DNA of 64,000 nucleotides from Octopus bimaculoides (Eukaryota), in contig NC_068988.1 in assembly GCF_001194135.2 (NCBI RefSeq), positions 53,182,704-53,246,703 of the forward strand. Reading direction: 5' to 3'. Made by a program: the position numbers and the translations under genes. The notes under the pieces were generated by a model. The model was not told where the DNA came from and did not search any database. It saw nothing but the letters and a program-made list of their open reading frames with translations. How positions within the stretch are numbered: position 1 is the first letter of the stretch; every line of letters begins with the position of its first letter. This document shows positions 13,965 to 27,640 of the stretch, one piece after another.

Positions 13965-16029
13965 TGCAGCCTACCCAAACACTCTCTCTTTTTCCCTCCC
14001 TCCCCTCTCTTTTTCTCCCCTCCTCCTTCTCTCTCTCTCTTTCTCAAACACACACATGCAACAATATACACAATCAAACACACAGCTCATAAACAAGCAC
14101 AGACCCACACATACACACACACACACACATATTCATGCAACATATACACAAGCACAGAGCTTATAGACAAGCACAGACACACACATATACACACATGCAA
14201 CATACAAAAGCACATTCAGAACATAAAGACAAGCACACCCACACACACACACACACACCCACACACACTGAATATCTGAAACTAGGAACACACAATAACA
14301 TTTGTCTTATGTCTACATTTCCTTGTAAAAGGTTTCCTTGGATATTTCTTCTGGTTTAAATATTCATAGAACCCTTTGTGTTTGTTTTTATTACTACCCT
14401 CTTAGCCTGCAGCACTTCACTTACTATCGCTATTATTTTATGACAGTGTATCTAGGTCCACATCATCTAATGTATCTTTCCTCTTTTAAGACAGTAGTCT
14501 TAATCAATTCAGCTGTTATTTCTAGCAGGTCAACCAACCACATAACAGTTTATTAGTTGTTGTCTTGCTTCTAAATTTTATTGTTGTTTACCCCTAAGTC
14601 AGCCCTGGCTAAGCAGACTTATGATCACTGGAGTTACTGCTATGACCATTTACTCAGTTTTTTTGTTTTTGTTTTTTTGCATTGTATAGTACATCTGGGA
14701 CTACATTATCCAATGTGTCCATATGTTTTCAAGACTGTAGGATGTAAGTTGAGGTGGATTTGGCTGCTATTTCCAGCAGATCTAGCAACCACTTAAAGTA
14801 GAAAGAATATGTGTGTACGCATACACACATATTGCATGTATGTGTGTGTGTTTGCATGTGTATGTGTTTGCATGTGTGTGTGTGCACACACACATACACA
14901 CATACACACAAACATACACACACGCAAACACATGCATGTATTAAATAAAACAAAGGCTGGAAAACTTAATATATTTTTAATTCCATGTTACATGTGCTTC
15001 ATTACAATATAGGAAATACATTGTAACTATATATATATATATATGTACATAAGTATGTGTGTGTGTTTATGTCTCTTTGCTTTGACATCCTATGTTACTG
15101 TCATGCAAATTGTGGCCTTCATTTCCGACCTTCCACGTAAACATGTCTGGTCATGGGAAAATATCACCCTACTTGAAAACAGGTGAGGGTATCTCAAAAT
15201 AGAAAATCCACCTCAACAAAATCCATCCAACTCATGCAAGCATGGAAAAAGGGATGTTAAAATGATAATGCTCTTGGCTGGAAAGAGCTTTGCATATGGG
15301 TGTTGATTCGAGTTGAAAAACAACAGAAGTTTTCCAGGCTGGTGTGGATACAGTAGATATTGGGGGACAGTTATCTGATGTTAAAGCAGTGAAGTGTGAG
15401 GAGTGAGCATTCATGCATAGATGTTTTATTAACCCTTTTGTGTTCATTTTCCTCATAAAAATATACTTCCCATGTGTTTTAATTAATTTTGAGAATAATC
15501 AAGTATTAGGTGATTTAGTAAAAAAAAAATATATATATATAAATAAATGAAATTCAATATTTAACTTGTGTCTGGAGCTTAACAAAAAGTACTGACATAA
15601 AATTATCATAGGAGGTTTTAGTTAAAATAAAAACAAGCTTCTGTGCAGTGGAACCAGAGATAGTTGGTACGGAAAAGATATATTACTATATGGTGTATGA
15701 ACTTTGGTGGAGGATAAAAAATTAAATTAACAAATTTTTTGATATGAATAAAATAAATTTTCTCTTCCATATCAATATTGTTATCTTATATCCCCTTGAT
15801 TTCTTGTTTTTTTTTTTTATATTAATTGGTCGAATTACAATAGAGAAAATTAAAGGAGTGGAATAAAATCAACAACTATTTCTGGTGTCTCGGAGATCCA
15901 TAATAATGTTGGTAGATATGGTTCATCACAATATGTAGCTGTAATGGATATATNNNNNNNNNNNNNNNNNNNNNNNNNNNNNNNNNNNNNNNNNNNNNNN
16001 NNNNNNNNNNNNNNNNNNACATACATACA

Positions 16030-16126
<97 letters not shown>

Positions 16127-19100
16127 AATATGACAAGCTTCCACACAGTTTCCATCTACCTGGTTCAGTTTCAAGGCATTGGTTGACCCTGTGTTACTGT
16201 AGAAGACACTTGCCATATGTGGGACTGAACCTGAAGCCACTTAGTTGCAAAGCCATGCATGACATCAGTTCATCCACATTCACCATGTCCTCTAATTTGC
16301 ACTGTCATTGCACCAATGCAAGACAGTGGGTTACTAGAAAAACTATAGGGTCTGAAGAGTTGCTTTGTAAGTTATGTAGTGGAGGTGCATGGCTTAGTGG
16401 TTAGAGGTGTTAGACTCACGATTGTAAGATTGTGGTTTCGATTCCTGGACCAGGTAATGCATTGTGTTCTTGAGCAAAACACTTCATTTCACGTTGCTCC
16501 AGTCCACTCAACTGGCAAAAATGAATAATCCTGTGACGGACTGGTGTCCTGTCCAACTGGGGAAATAAATACGCCATGGAAACTGAGAAACCAGCCCTTA
16601 TGAGTCAGTATGAGTTGAGAAGGTAACTACACCTGTCTTTTACCTTACCTTTGCAAGTTATGTTCCAGCTCTTTACATTGCCTGCTACAACATTGGTGTC
16701 AAGTTGTGTCAGCCTGAGTCAGTAGCCTTTCCTTTGGATAAAATATTGGTGGCATGGAGGACAAAGAACTTACATATAAGGGACTCACTACTGGTCTTGC
16801 TCAAAGACATGTTGCCCAAGCCTGCAAATACTCATGCGGATACATAGTCAATTGTGATCAACAGCTGTACTATTCCTTTTGTAGCCTGCTAAATGAGAAG
16901 GAGATTGTTCATCCCTTGCTCTACCCTTTTCTCTTTTCTCTTTTGCTGGTTTCAATCACTGGATTGTGGCCATGTTGGGGCTCCAACTTGAATGGTTTAT
17001 TTGAACAAATCAACCGCAGTCCTTTTTTTTTTTTTAAAGTCTGGTACTTATTATATTGGTCTCTTTTACTGAACCAATAAGTTATGGGGATGTAAACAAA
17101 CCAACACCAGTTGTTAAGTAGTGGTTGGGTACAAGCACATACAAAGACATGCACACTCATAGATATGTATGCATATATACACAAACAAATGACTTCTTTC
17201 AGATTCCGTCTACCAAATCCACTCACAAGGCTCTGGTTGGCCTTGAGTTATGGTAGAAAACACTTGCCCAAGGTGCCACACAGCAGGATTGAACCCCAAA
17301 CCATGTGATCGAGAAGCCATGTCTGTGCTTTCTCTTATTCTTGGAGGAAAGAGACACATTGACTGATTGCCCCTTACCATCCCATAATGCAATATAGCCA
17401 ATTCTAAGAAAATGAAGAGAGAGAGAGAGAGAAAAATGAATTGATCCCAGTACTTGACTGGTATATTTCTTAATGGAATCAATGAAGGGCAAAGTTGAAC
17501 TCAGCTGTATTTGAACTCAGAATGAAAACTTCATGAACCATGTCTGCAAGACATTTATCCAATGTCCTAATAACATTTCCACTCACCTCTTTATACATTA
17601 CTTTATATGTGACATGAAATAATTCAATGTCAGTTCACTTTTTTGTTCACCCAAATGATTAAAATTTACGCCTCATAAATTATTATATCTACTTCCGCCT
17701 AGTTTATTTTCGCAACAAAGAATATATTAATACTAATAGTATACTAAATGTTCTTCAGAGTTGTTGTACTTGTCTAACAAGTGACTTAGTCTGAGACCAT
17801 GAAGTAGTTGTACTGAAGAAGATCTATTTTAATTGCTTAACAACACACAAATCTATTCAATTATTTTATGTCCTGTTGAAATATTTGTTGCACAACTACA
17901 ACTTGATGACAAATTGGGTTTTACTACAAAAAATTAAACACATATTCACAGATTTTAGTGTGTAGATATTAAAATATATTTGAGAAATTTGTCTTGAAAA
18001 TATCCGTCCAGTTAAACTTATCTCAACTAGCATTTTTTTTTTTTTTCTTTGAACAACAAGCAAAATCAGTGGAGCAGTAGGCAAAACAAAATATATATAT
18101 TTTGTAGCATTTAGGTTACATATCCTTACATTCTGGGTTCATTCCCACTCCAATGACAACCAAATTTACTTTACCTTTTGACCTTCTGGTGAAGGCACAT
18201 AGCTTAGTGGTTAGTGTACACAGCTTACAATCATAAGGTTGTGAGTTTAATTCTCAGTAGTGCAGTGTTTCCTAGAGCAAGACCCTTTATTTCACAGTCC
18301 TCCAGTCCACTTAGCTGGAAAAAATGAATTGTACCTGTAGTTCAATGGGCTGGCCTTGTCACATTCAGTGTGTCATGCTGAATCTCTCTAAGATTTACAT
18401 TAATGGTATGCATGTCTGTGGAATGCTCAGCCACTTGCATGTTGATTTCACCAGCAGGCTGTTTCATTGATCGAACGAACTGGAACACTTGTCGCAGTAA
18501 CCAACAGAGTGCCGCAGCCTTCTGGTGTCAATAAACTAAATGCTAGACAAGCAGAAGTGAAAATTCTCTGAAGGCTTGTGGTTTATTGGAAGGAGTATTG
18601 GTCTCATGATTATACAGTTTTGGATTTAATTCATGGATTGAGTGATGTCCTTGAGCAAGGCATTTTATTTCACATTAGCCTGGGGGTTTTTTCAGCTGAA
18701 AATGTGTTTAAATTTGAATGAGCAGATCCTATGCTATCGATCTAAACTTCAGTCTGATCTTGACACATTACAGTAATGGATTATTGACTGATAACTCAAG
18801 TTTACTGTAGACAAGTGCCACTGCCATTTGACATTTTGAGAGGAATAACTCAGAATTTACCTACTTCCCTCATCTTGTCCAGAATATCAATTTGGTGGAA
18901 GATGTCTAAAGATATGCAACCTAAGAAATACCCTCCCTTGGTCATTTATCATACCTTGAATATATTGCTTCTCAAGGCATCACCATTTTAATCTTTTAGT
19001 ATTTAGCAGCTGACTTGGTAGAAAACCACATGGTTATTCACCATCTTTCCAGCTACAACTTAGGCCACCTTTTCAAAATTCAATACATCTCCCACTTGCT

Positions 19101-21320
19101 TATAAAATCAAAAAACAGTGCAACACCCATGACTTTTTGGAGGCATTTTTTTTGCACACAGAATTGTCAAAGCATGGCATAAACTATCAGCATCAGTTGT
19201 TAGCTGTCGGGACACTGCATCCTTCAAAAATTCCTTACTTCCTCAAATTTACCATCATTATTCCTGAAAAGTCTATACACCTTTCCTGACTCTTTTAATG
19301 TCTATTTTTCTATGTTTCTGTGTTTTATTCTGTGTCCTGTACACATACTTCAAACCTTCATTTCTGTCTTTCTGTACTTGACTTATATATCTGCTTTCCA
19401 CCTGTTCTCTGAATCAAGTTGTAGTGCACCTGAGCACTGAATACAATAAACTCATTATTATTATTGTAATTACGTAAGGTGGCAAGCTGGCAGAATCGTT
19501 AGCACGGCAGGTGAAATGCTTATCAGTATTTTGTCAGTCTTCGTGTTCTGAGTTCAAATGCTGCCGAGGTCAACTTTGCTTTTGTCCTTTCAGGGTTGGT
19601 AAAATAAGTACCAGTTGAGTACTGGGGTTGATGTAATCAGCTATCCTCTCCCCAAAATTTCAGTTGTTGTGCCTATAGTAGAAAGGATTATTATTATAAT
19701 TATGTTAAAATGTTTATGTGTTAACATTTTTTTCTTCTTCAGAAATTGAACTTTGTAAGTAATTGTTTTTTTTTTTTTTAAATATACAAATAGCAAATAA
19801 AAATTTATTCTTTGAATCAACAAATATCTTAGAACAATGGTTCTCAAAGTGGGCAGTACTGCTCCTGGGGTGGGGGTCCGCGCTGAAGAAAAATGGGGGC
19901 GATAATGGGGTGGCCAAAAGGAGGCGATGGATGTAAAACAACAAAATAACAGGTTAATTAGGTTAAGTTTTATTTGTGAAATACAATAGTTTTGAATTTG
20001 TTTCAGAAAGAGGTCTATGTTTATGGTGGTTAGTTGGGGTGGGGGCACTAGGAATGTGGCCTGGGTACCAAGTCGGTGGCAACCTGAAAAAGTTTAGGAC
20101 CCACCGTCTTAGAACATTGCACAAAATACCCTGCAGTATTTATTTCAAATCTTTACATTCTGAGTTCAAATCTTACCAAGAGTCAGCTTTGTCTTTCATC
20201 CATTCAGAGTTGATGAAACAGATTCCTGTCAAGTTCAGGGGTTGATAAACTTAACTATAAGCTTCCCTTAAAATTTCTGATCTTGTTTCCTATATTAAGA
20301 AAGCATTGGACTAGCAGAATTGTTTGAGCATTAGATGAAACGATTTCTGATATTTGTTCTGGTTCTTTATGTTCTGAGTTCAAATCCTGCTGAGGTCGAC
20401 ATTGCCTTTCACCTATCCCCCCCCCCACTACTGAATTTCGGATCTTCTTCCTATGCTAGAAACAATTATTATCATTTTATTTATTGTTTTTGTTTTTTAT
20501 TGCTGTTTGATGCCAACTGGATATTAAATGCTTGGAGAGTCTTGTATACTTCATCATCATCATTCATTCATTTTCCATGCTGGCATAGGTTAGACAGAGA
20601 GCTGCACCAGGCTCCAGTCTATTTTGGATTGGTTTCCACAGCTGGATGCCCTTCCTGATACCAACCACACTTCAGAGTGTACTGAGTGTCTTTTATGTGT
20701 CACTGGCACAGGTGCCTTTTATGTGTCACCAGTACTGGCCATGACCAGTATTTCACTTAGCTTGACATGTCTTCTCAAGCACAGCAAACTGCCGGAAGTC
20801 TAAGTCACTTGTCATTTCTTCTGTGAAATTGAACAACCGGAGATCATATTTCACTGCTTCCCCACATGTCTTCCTGAGTCTACCTCTTTCACTGGTTCCC
20901 TCCATAATTAGAGATCGGCACCCCTGTGTTTCAAGTATATCAAGGAGTTTGTCACAATCTACAGTTAACCTTATATATTTGTGTGTGTATGTATGCATGC
21001 GCACGCATGTGTGTGTGTGTATTTGTGTCTGTGAGAATGCATGGCTTTGTGGTTAGAGCTTAAGATTGTGGTTTCAATTCCTAGACTGGTAGATGCATTG
21101 TGTTCTTGAGCCAAACACTTCATCTCACGGTGCTCTGTGATCACTTCGCCACCTAACATGTGGTATATCGTGTACCTGTTCAGGCAACGTCAATTTGATG
21201 GAGAAAGTTAGCTAATGGCACATACATTTGATCACTTTGAGCAAATCATCTGTGCAGGTTGTTTGGCAAAAGTTGAATGCTCATACTTTATCTTTGATGG
21301 GAGAGTCCATCACATGTATG

Positions 21321-21367
<47 letters not shown>

Positions 21368-21810
21368 NNNNNNNNNNNNNNNNNNNNNNNNNNNNNNNNN
21401 NNNNNNNNNNNNNNNNNNNNNNNNNNNNNNNNNNNNNNNNNNNNNNNNNNNNNNNNNNNNNNNNNNNNNNNNNNNNNNNNNNNNNNNNNNNNNNNNNNNN
21501 NNNNNNNNNNNNNNNNNNNNNNNNNNNNNNNNNNNNNNNNNNNNNNNNNNNNNNNNNNNNNNNNNNNNNNNNNNNNNNNNNNNNNNNNNNNNNNNNNCAA
21601 ACACTTCATCTCACGGTGCTCTGTGATCACTTCGCCACCTAACATGTGGTATATCGTGTACCTGTTCAGGCAACGTCAATTTGATGGAGAAAGTTAGCTA
21701 ATGGCACATACATTTGATCACTTTGAGCAAATCATCTGTGCAGGTTGTTTGGCAAAAGTTGAATGCTCATACTTTATCTTTGATGGGAGAGTCCATCACA
21801 TGTATGTATG

Positions 21811-21844
<34 letters not shown>

Positions 21845-21848
21845 TACG

Positions 21849-21881
<33 letters not shown>

Positions 21882-24800
21882 GTATGTATGTATATACTTG
21901 TGTGTCTGTGTCTGAGTTTGTTGCCCCGCCATCACTTGACAACCGATGCTGATGTGTTTATGTCCTTGTAACTTAGTGGTTTGGCAAAAGAGACTGATTG
22001 AATAAGTACTAGGTTTACAAAGGTTAAGTCCAAAGTTTGATTTCTTCAAAGAAGAAAAGAATGTGTGTGTGTTAAGTGGTAGTTGTGTGTTCTTCCCTTG
22101 CTTAAAGTCAAACTTGTTGCTCTTTTCCGTAGTGTCTTGATAACCTCATATGATAAATATGCCATGGTGTTGTTGCATGATAAGGTGGTGAGTGGAATAG
22201 AGAAATTAGCTTTAGTGTTTTCAGTTCACCTTTACCATATGATGTCGTCTCTGCAATATCTTACTTCTCTAATGTCAATATACTTCATTATCTGTCAAAC
22301 ACTGTAAACCCTGCACTAGTAGTAGCAACAGTAATATTAACAGTATCTGCAATATTAACTATATAAAACCCTAGTAGCAGCTACCATAGTAAGTGATAGT
22401 GATTGCATCAACATGAGGATCTGCTGCAATATTTGCAGCAATAGCATGTATATGCAACAGCGATGACAGTAACAACAACAACAACAGCTAAAATAATGTG
22501 AGCTTGTTTAGTCAGAATAACTAGAGAGGTTGGAATGAACCTAGACTCGATTCTGATGTTTGAAAAGTGGATTTATTCTGTTAATGCTGTTGTAGAAATG
22601 AGGTAAAAGAGGAAAAATTTGATGTTATGTAGACTCTTCTAAAAGTCAGAAACCATCATAGTCATTGTCATCATTGTTGCCATCATCATCACCACCATCA
22701 TTATTTAACATCCGTTTTCCATGTCTGCATGGTTTGAGGGGTTTGATAGGATCCAGCAAACCACAGGGCTGTGTTGAGCTCCAATGTTAGCTTCAGTATG
22801 TTTTTTTTTGTGGCTGGATATACCTCGTAATACCAACCACTTTACCGCAGTGAGGTTGCTGTGTTAGAAGTTTATAAGAATTTCAAGAACACAATAGCTT
22901 TGCCTTACACTGATTATAAGACAACCTAAAAATAAAGAAAAACTGTGTAAGTTGTAGTTAGAGAACCTAAAGAGATGTGACATGTTACACTAATTTTTTT
23001 GTTTTTTTATGCACCCCTTTCAAAGCCTGGCCAGGCTCATAGGCCTGGTTTCCCAGTTTCTATGGCGTATGTGTCCCCCTAGCTGGACGGGACACCAGTC
23101 CATCGCAGCGTTACTCAAGAAACAGGAAGAAAGAGTGAGAGAAATTTGGGGCGAAAGAGTACAACAGGGATCGTCACTCCANNNNNNNNNNAAAGAGTAC
23201 AACAGGGATCGTCACTCCACCCACCCACCCCCTGCCGGAGCCTCGTGGAGCTTTAGGTGTTTTTGCTCAATAAACACACACAACGCCCGGTGTGGGAATC
23301 AAAACCATGATCCTCTGACCGCGAGTCCCCTGCCCTAACCACTGGGCCATTGCGTCTCCACATGTTACACTAATGCATTTATCAAATAATAATATTTTTA
23401 TGGGATGTTATATAGTGAAAATTGTGGATATCATGGTTGAAACATGTTTGTGTGAATGTTATGGTTGAAATATAGTATCATGATAGTTGGAATAATTAAA
23501 TTTTTACAAAACAGGGATGGGAACTGCTCATAAAGAAAGCACCTGCAAAATACAAGAAATTGAAGGAGTTCTTCCTATGAAATCAACAGTTTCTATGTGT
23601 TGTTCGGAAAGAAGTCTTTAATCTTACTGTATTCAGAGAGGAAGTTGATGGTGTGTCCAGGTGCATTACAGGATGATTTACGGAAAAACAGTTGGAACTT
23701 AGTGATAGAATATTGTTGGATAGCAATATCTTTTAGATTAGATTAAAAGGTCGTGAATATCAAACATGACTGAAACTAATTTAGAGAAAATGGTTCTAGA
23801 GTTCTCTTTGGGTTGATTGAATGATGAGGTATTGAGTAAGAATGTTGGTGCAACTACACATCAAATGGCCTCTTTCTGTAATAAGCACATAATGCCCCTG
23901 ACTGGGGCATCTTCCATTTTGCATTTTCTGGAAGAGTCTAGTTTCATAGTCAGGGAATTAATGCATAAACATACAGCCAGTATCTACAAAGATTATTGAA
24001 CTGTTAAATGTTGTTCTTCCTGGTCTTGTCTTCCTGCTACTGATGATGTCTTATGTCATGTACAGGTTGAAGGTGGCCATGCAGATGGGCACCTAGAGCA
24101 GTCATGGGCAAGCTGTAGCTCTCTGAATGGCATGACTAACAAAAAATTACCTTTTTGGTAGTATAGCTCACCTGATGAACCACCCTCTCTCATGTGGCCT
24201 GCTTCTTGAAAAAGGTTGCTCTATGCCTGATATAAAGTGCTCACAGTGATCAAGTTTGTTATACTTATTACATACAAACTTTTTTTTTCTCATGGCCATT
24301 AATTATATTTTCATGTGGCAAACTTATTAGATACCAGTTAAGTACTGAGACCAATATATAGTTGGCTGTACTTTCTTGTCCAAAAGAATTTGTATCCATA
24401 TGTGAATGTTAGACAGCATTGTCTTGGACAAAATGCTTAGTAACATTTCTTCTAGTTCTTTACATTCTTAGTTCAAATTCCATCAGAGGCAACTTTGCTT
24501 TTTATCCTTTCAGCATTGATTAAATAAGTACCAGTGAAGTACTAAAGTTGATGTAATCAACTTGCCCCATCCCCTCAAAATCAGGAAGAATATGTATATA
24601 TATGAAGTATAAGGAAAGGAAAAATTGTAGGTGTAGACTAACTTTAATTTATAATCCCTTTTATGGATTTTGACATCCCTTTGAAGGACCTCGCCTCTTT
24701 TGTGTGTGTGTGTGTTGAGTGGTAGCTGTGTGTTCTTCTCTTGTTTCTCGTCAAACTTGTTTCTCTTTTCAGTAGTGTCTTGATAGCTTCATATCATAAT

Positions 24801-26012
24801 TATTATAGTTTACTTGAAGGCAGCAAGCTGACAGAATCTTCAGATGTTGGAAAAAATACCTTACAGTATTTCTTCCAATTCTTTACGTTCTGAATTGAAA
24901 TTCTACCAAGGTCAACATTGTCTTTCATCTTTCTGTGGTTGATGAAATAAATTCTAATAAAGCCATGGGATTGATAAACTCCACTATAACTTTCCCTCAA
25001 CATTTCTAGACTTGTTCCCTTTATAAATAATTAGAGGCATTGCACTACCAATTTTGCCTTTCCTCTGTTTAGGGTTAATAAAATGAAGTACCTGTTAAGT
25101 ACTGCTGTCTCAGTGATATCAGCTGACATCCCCCCCCCCCCAAATTGCTGGCCTTGTCCCTACTGCAGCACTATCGTTATGGTTTGTTTGTATCATTATC
25201 TCGCCCTTCTTTCTTTCCGTACGTGTTGACCTCGAAAAGCAGACATATTTTCTTTTGTAAAAAGTAATGCAAGGGAGATAACTAATATACTCGATTTTAA
25301 TTGGTTATCTCCCCTGCATTGCATGTCGACCGCTAATTTTTAATATTTTGTTTTTGTGATTTTAAATCCCACTGCGCTTGAGAAAATTTATATTCAATAC
25401 ATATTTAAATTTCAATGTTAGGTGAGTCTTCTTTTACCACCCAATGTTATCAACAAAATTAACTATCCTGACTGGAAAGACAACAGACGAACCTCGGTAG
25501 AGTCCACTACACTTGCTAGGTTAAATCTCCTTAAAATCAGACATTATCAGCCACAGACAGATACATTGTACAATGTAATCCACTTACTTAAGCCCTCTTC
25601 TCCCTATGGAAAGCCTTTGACGGCTTTTCTCTACTGTTCTCAAATCTAGGCTGTCTTTTCTGCTTCTCTTCGTTTCAATCGCTGCTTCTTCAGCTTTGCT
25701 TCAGTCTCCTGCATATGTTTCCCAAAGGGAAAACCTTTCTCTCCTCATTTGTCTTCTTGTCTTGTAACAGCATTCTCCCAAACAGGGTTAAGCCAGCTCC
25801 TATTGAGTTCACCTCATCACAGGTCAAAGCGGTTGATGCACATCTGTTGGCGGCCAATTATACAGCATGTTGAAGCCATTCCTGGTTTCAGTGATGAACG
25901 CCAAAGACTCGAGGGCCAGAAACAAGCTCCATATCTGCTTTGACTATTGTGATCCACGTCTTCAGCTCCCCTAGGTGTTGTTGGTCTTGAACTGCTATCG
26001 AGGCTTTTGCTG

Positions 26013-26051
<39 letters not shown>

Positions 26052-27553
26052 CTAGATAGGTTTGTTGGCCCTACACAAGCGCATATTTACCTCTGAGAAG
26101 AAGTGGTCCCATGTTCATCTGGTTTCTATCCTTTGACCTGTCTGGCATGAGAGCCCCTACCAGGAGGTTGTACTCCACTCTTCTCGTGTAACAGTCAGGG
26201 TCATTGAGACACACAAATCACCATACTGTAATAAGGATTGGCAGGGAGGCAGATTTGGCGTTGGGGGGGGGGGAATGCCCCCTTCAAGAAAAGAAATGTA
26301 CCCTTCTAAATAATGTTATTGTACCCCTTTCTCATGGAATTGTATTCCCTTCTGACCTTGTGCCCTCCCTTTGAAAAATTCCTGGGACCACGCATGACTG
26401 GATCTTTGGTGGATAACTTAGTCTAAGCTATATGAAAGAAATGATGTTCTCATGCTTGATTGCTTTTTCTAATCACAAGAAGTCTGTTAAATCATGACAG
26501 ACTTGAACTAAGTAACAACAAGTTATTATTATTCTAAATCTTTATTGTAACAGAGTTAATTATTTCCTAGTCCACAGCTGTTACTAAGACTGTGAATAAG
26601 AGATTAACTCACATTCAGCTTACTTGAGTTTTCACTTTACAATTCCTGAATAATATATATTCACTTCAATAATTAACACTGTGCTAAGGTATGGCCGTCA
26701 CACCATCTAATCCCACTCCTAAAATAAGTCTGGCTTTGTGTCTGATTAAGCTTATAATATCTTTTGTTGATATTTCTTGACACTTCAAATCTGAAGTAGA
26801 CAATGATGAGCTCTAAAGAATACTTTACATCTGAATAACATTATTCAAGTCTATGCTGTAGAATTATTGACATTTGAATAAAGTATGTGTGTGAGTGTGA
26901 GTGTGCCATCATCATCATCATCATCATCGTTTAACGTTCGTCTTCCATGCTAGCATGGGTTGGATGATTTGACTGAGGACTGGCGAACCAGATGGCTGTA
27001 CCAGGCTCCAATCTGATCTGACAATGTTTCTACAGCTGGATGCCCTTCCTAACGCTAACCACTCGAAGAGTGTAGTGGGTGCTTTTATGTGCTACTGGAA
27101 CGAGGGCCAGTCAAGTGGTACTGGCAACGGCCACGCTCAAAATGATGTTTTTTACGTGCCACCTGCACAGGAGCCAGTCTAGCGGCACTGGCAACGACCT
27201 CGCTTGAATGTTTTTTTATGTGCTACCGGCACTAGTGCCAGTAAGGCAACGCTGGTAACAATCACGCTCAAATGGTGCTATTTACGTGTCACTGGCACAA
27301 AAGCCAGACAGCTGCTCTGAAAATAAAATTTTTTACATCAAACAGGCCTTACCTTAAAATGAGGTGTAAAAAACAAACATATATATACATATACACATTC
27401 ACAGCTTATTTGGTGGACTTTTTTCCTGAGTTATATGCTGCTGAAGCTGGGGGGTAAATCTAATGTACCCATGTATCTTTTATACAGTCAAATAAGGTTT
27501 GTACATGCATACATTTATATATATATGTGTGTGTGTGTGTATACAAATGCATT

Positions 27554-27640
<87 letters not shown>

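Noticed and set aside
15850-15953. Minus-strand peptide [33 protein letters not shown] as the last exon of a nested gene
   Set aside because: Abuts a gap and microsatellite, no visible acceptor and no recognised homology; unsupported without RNA data
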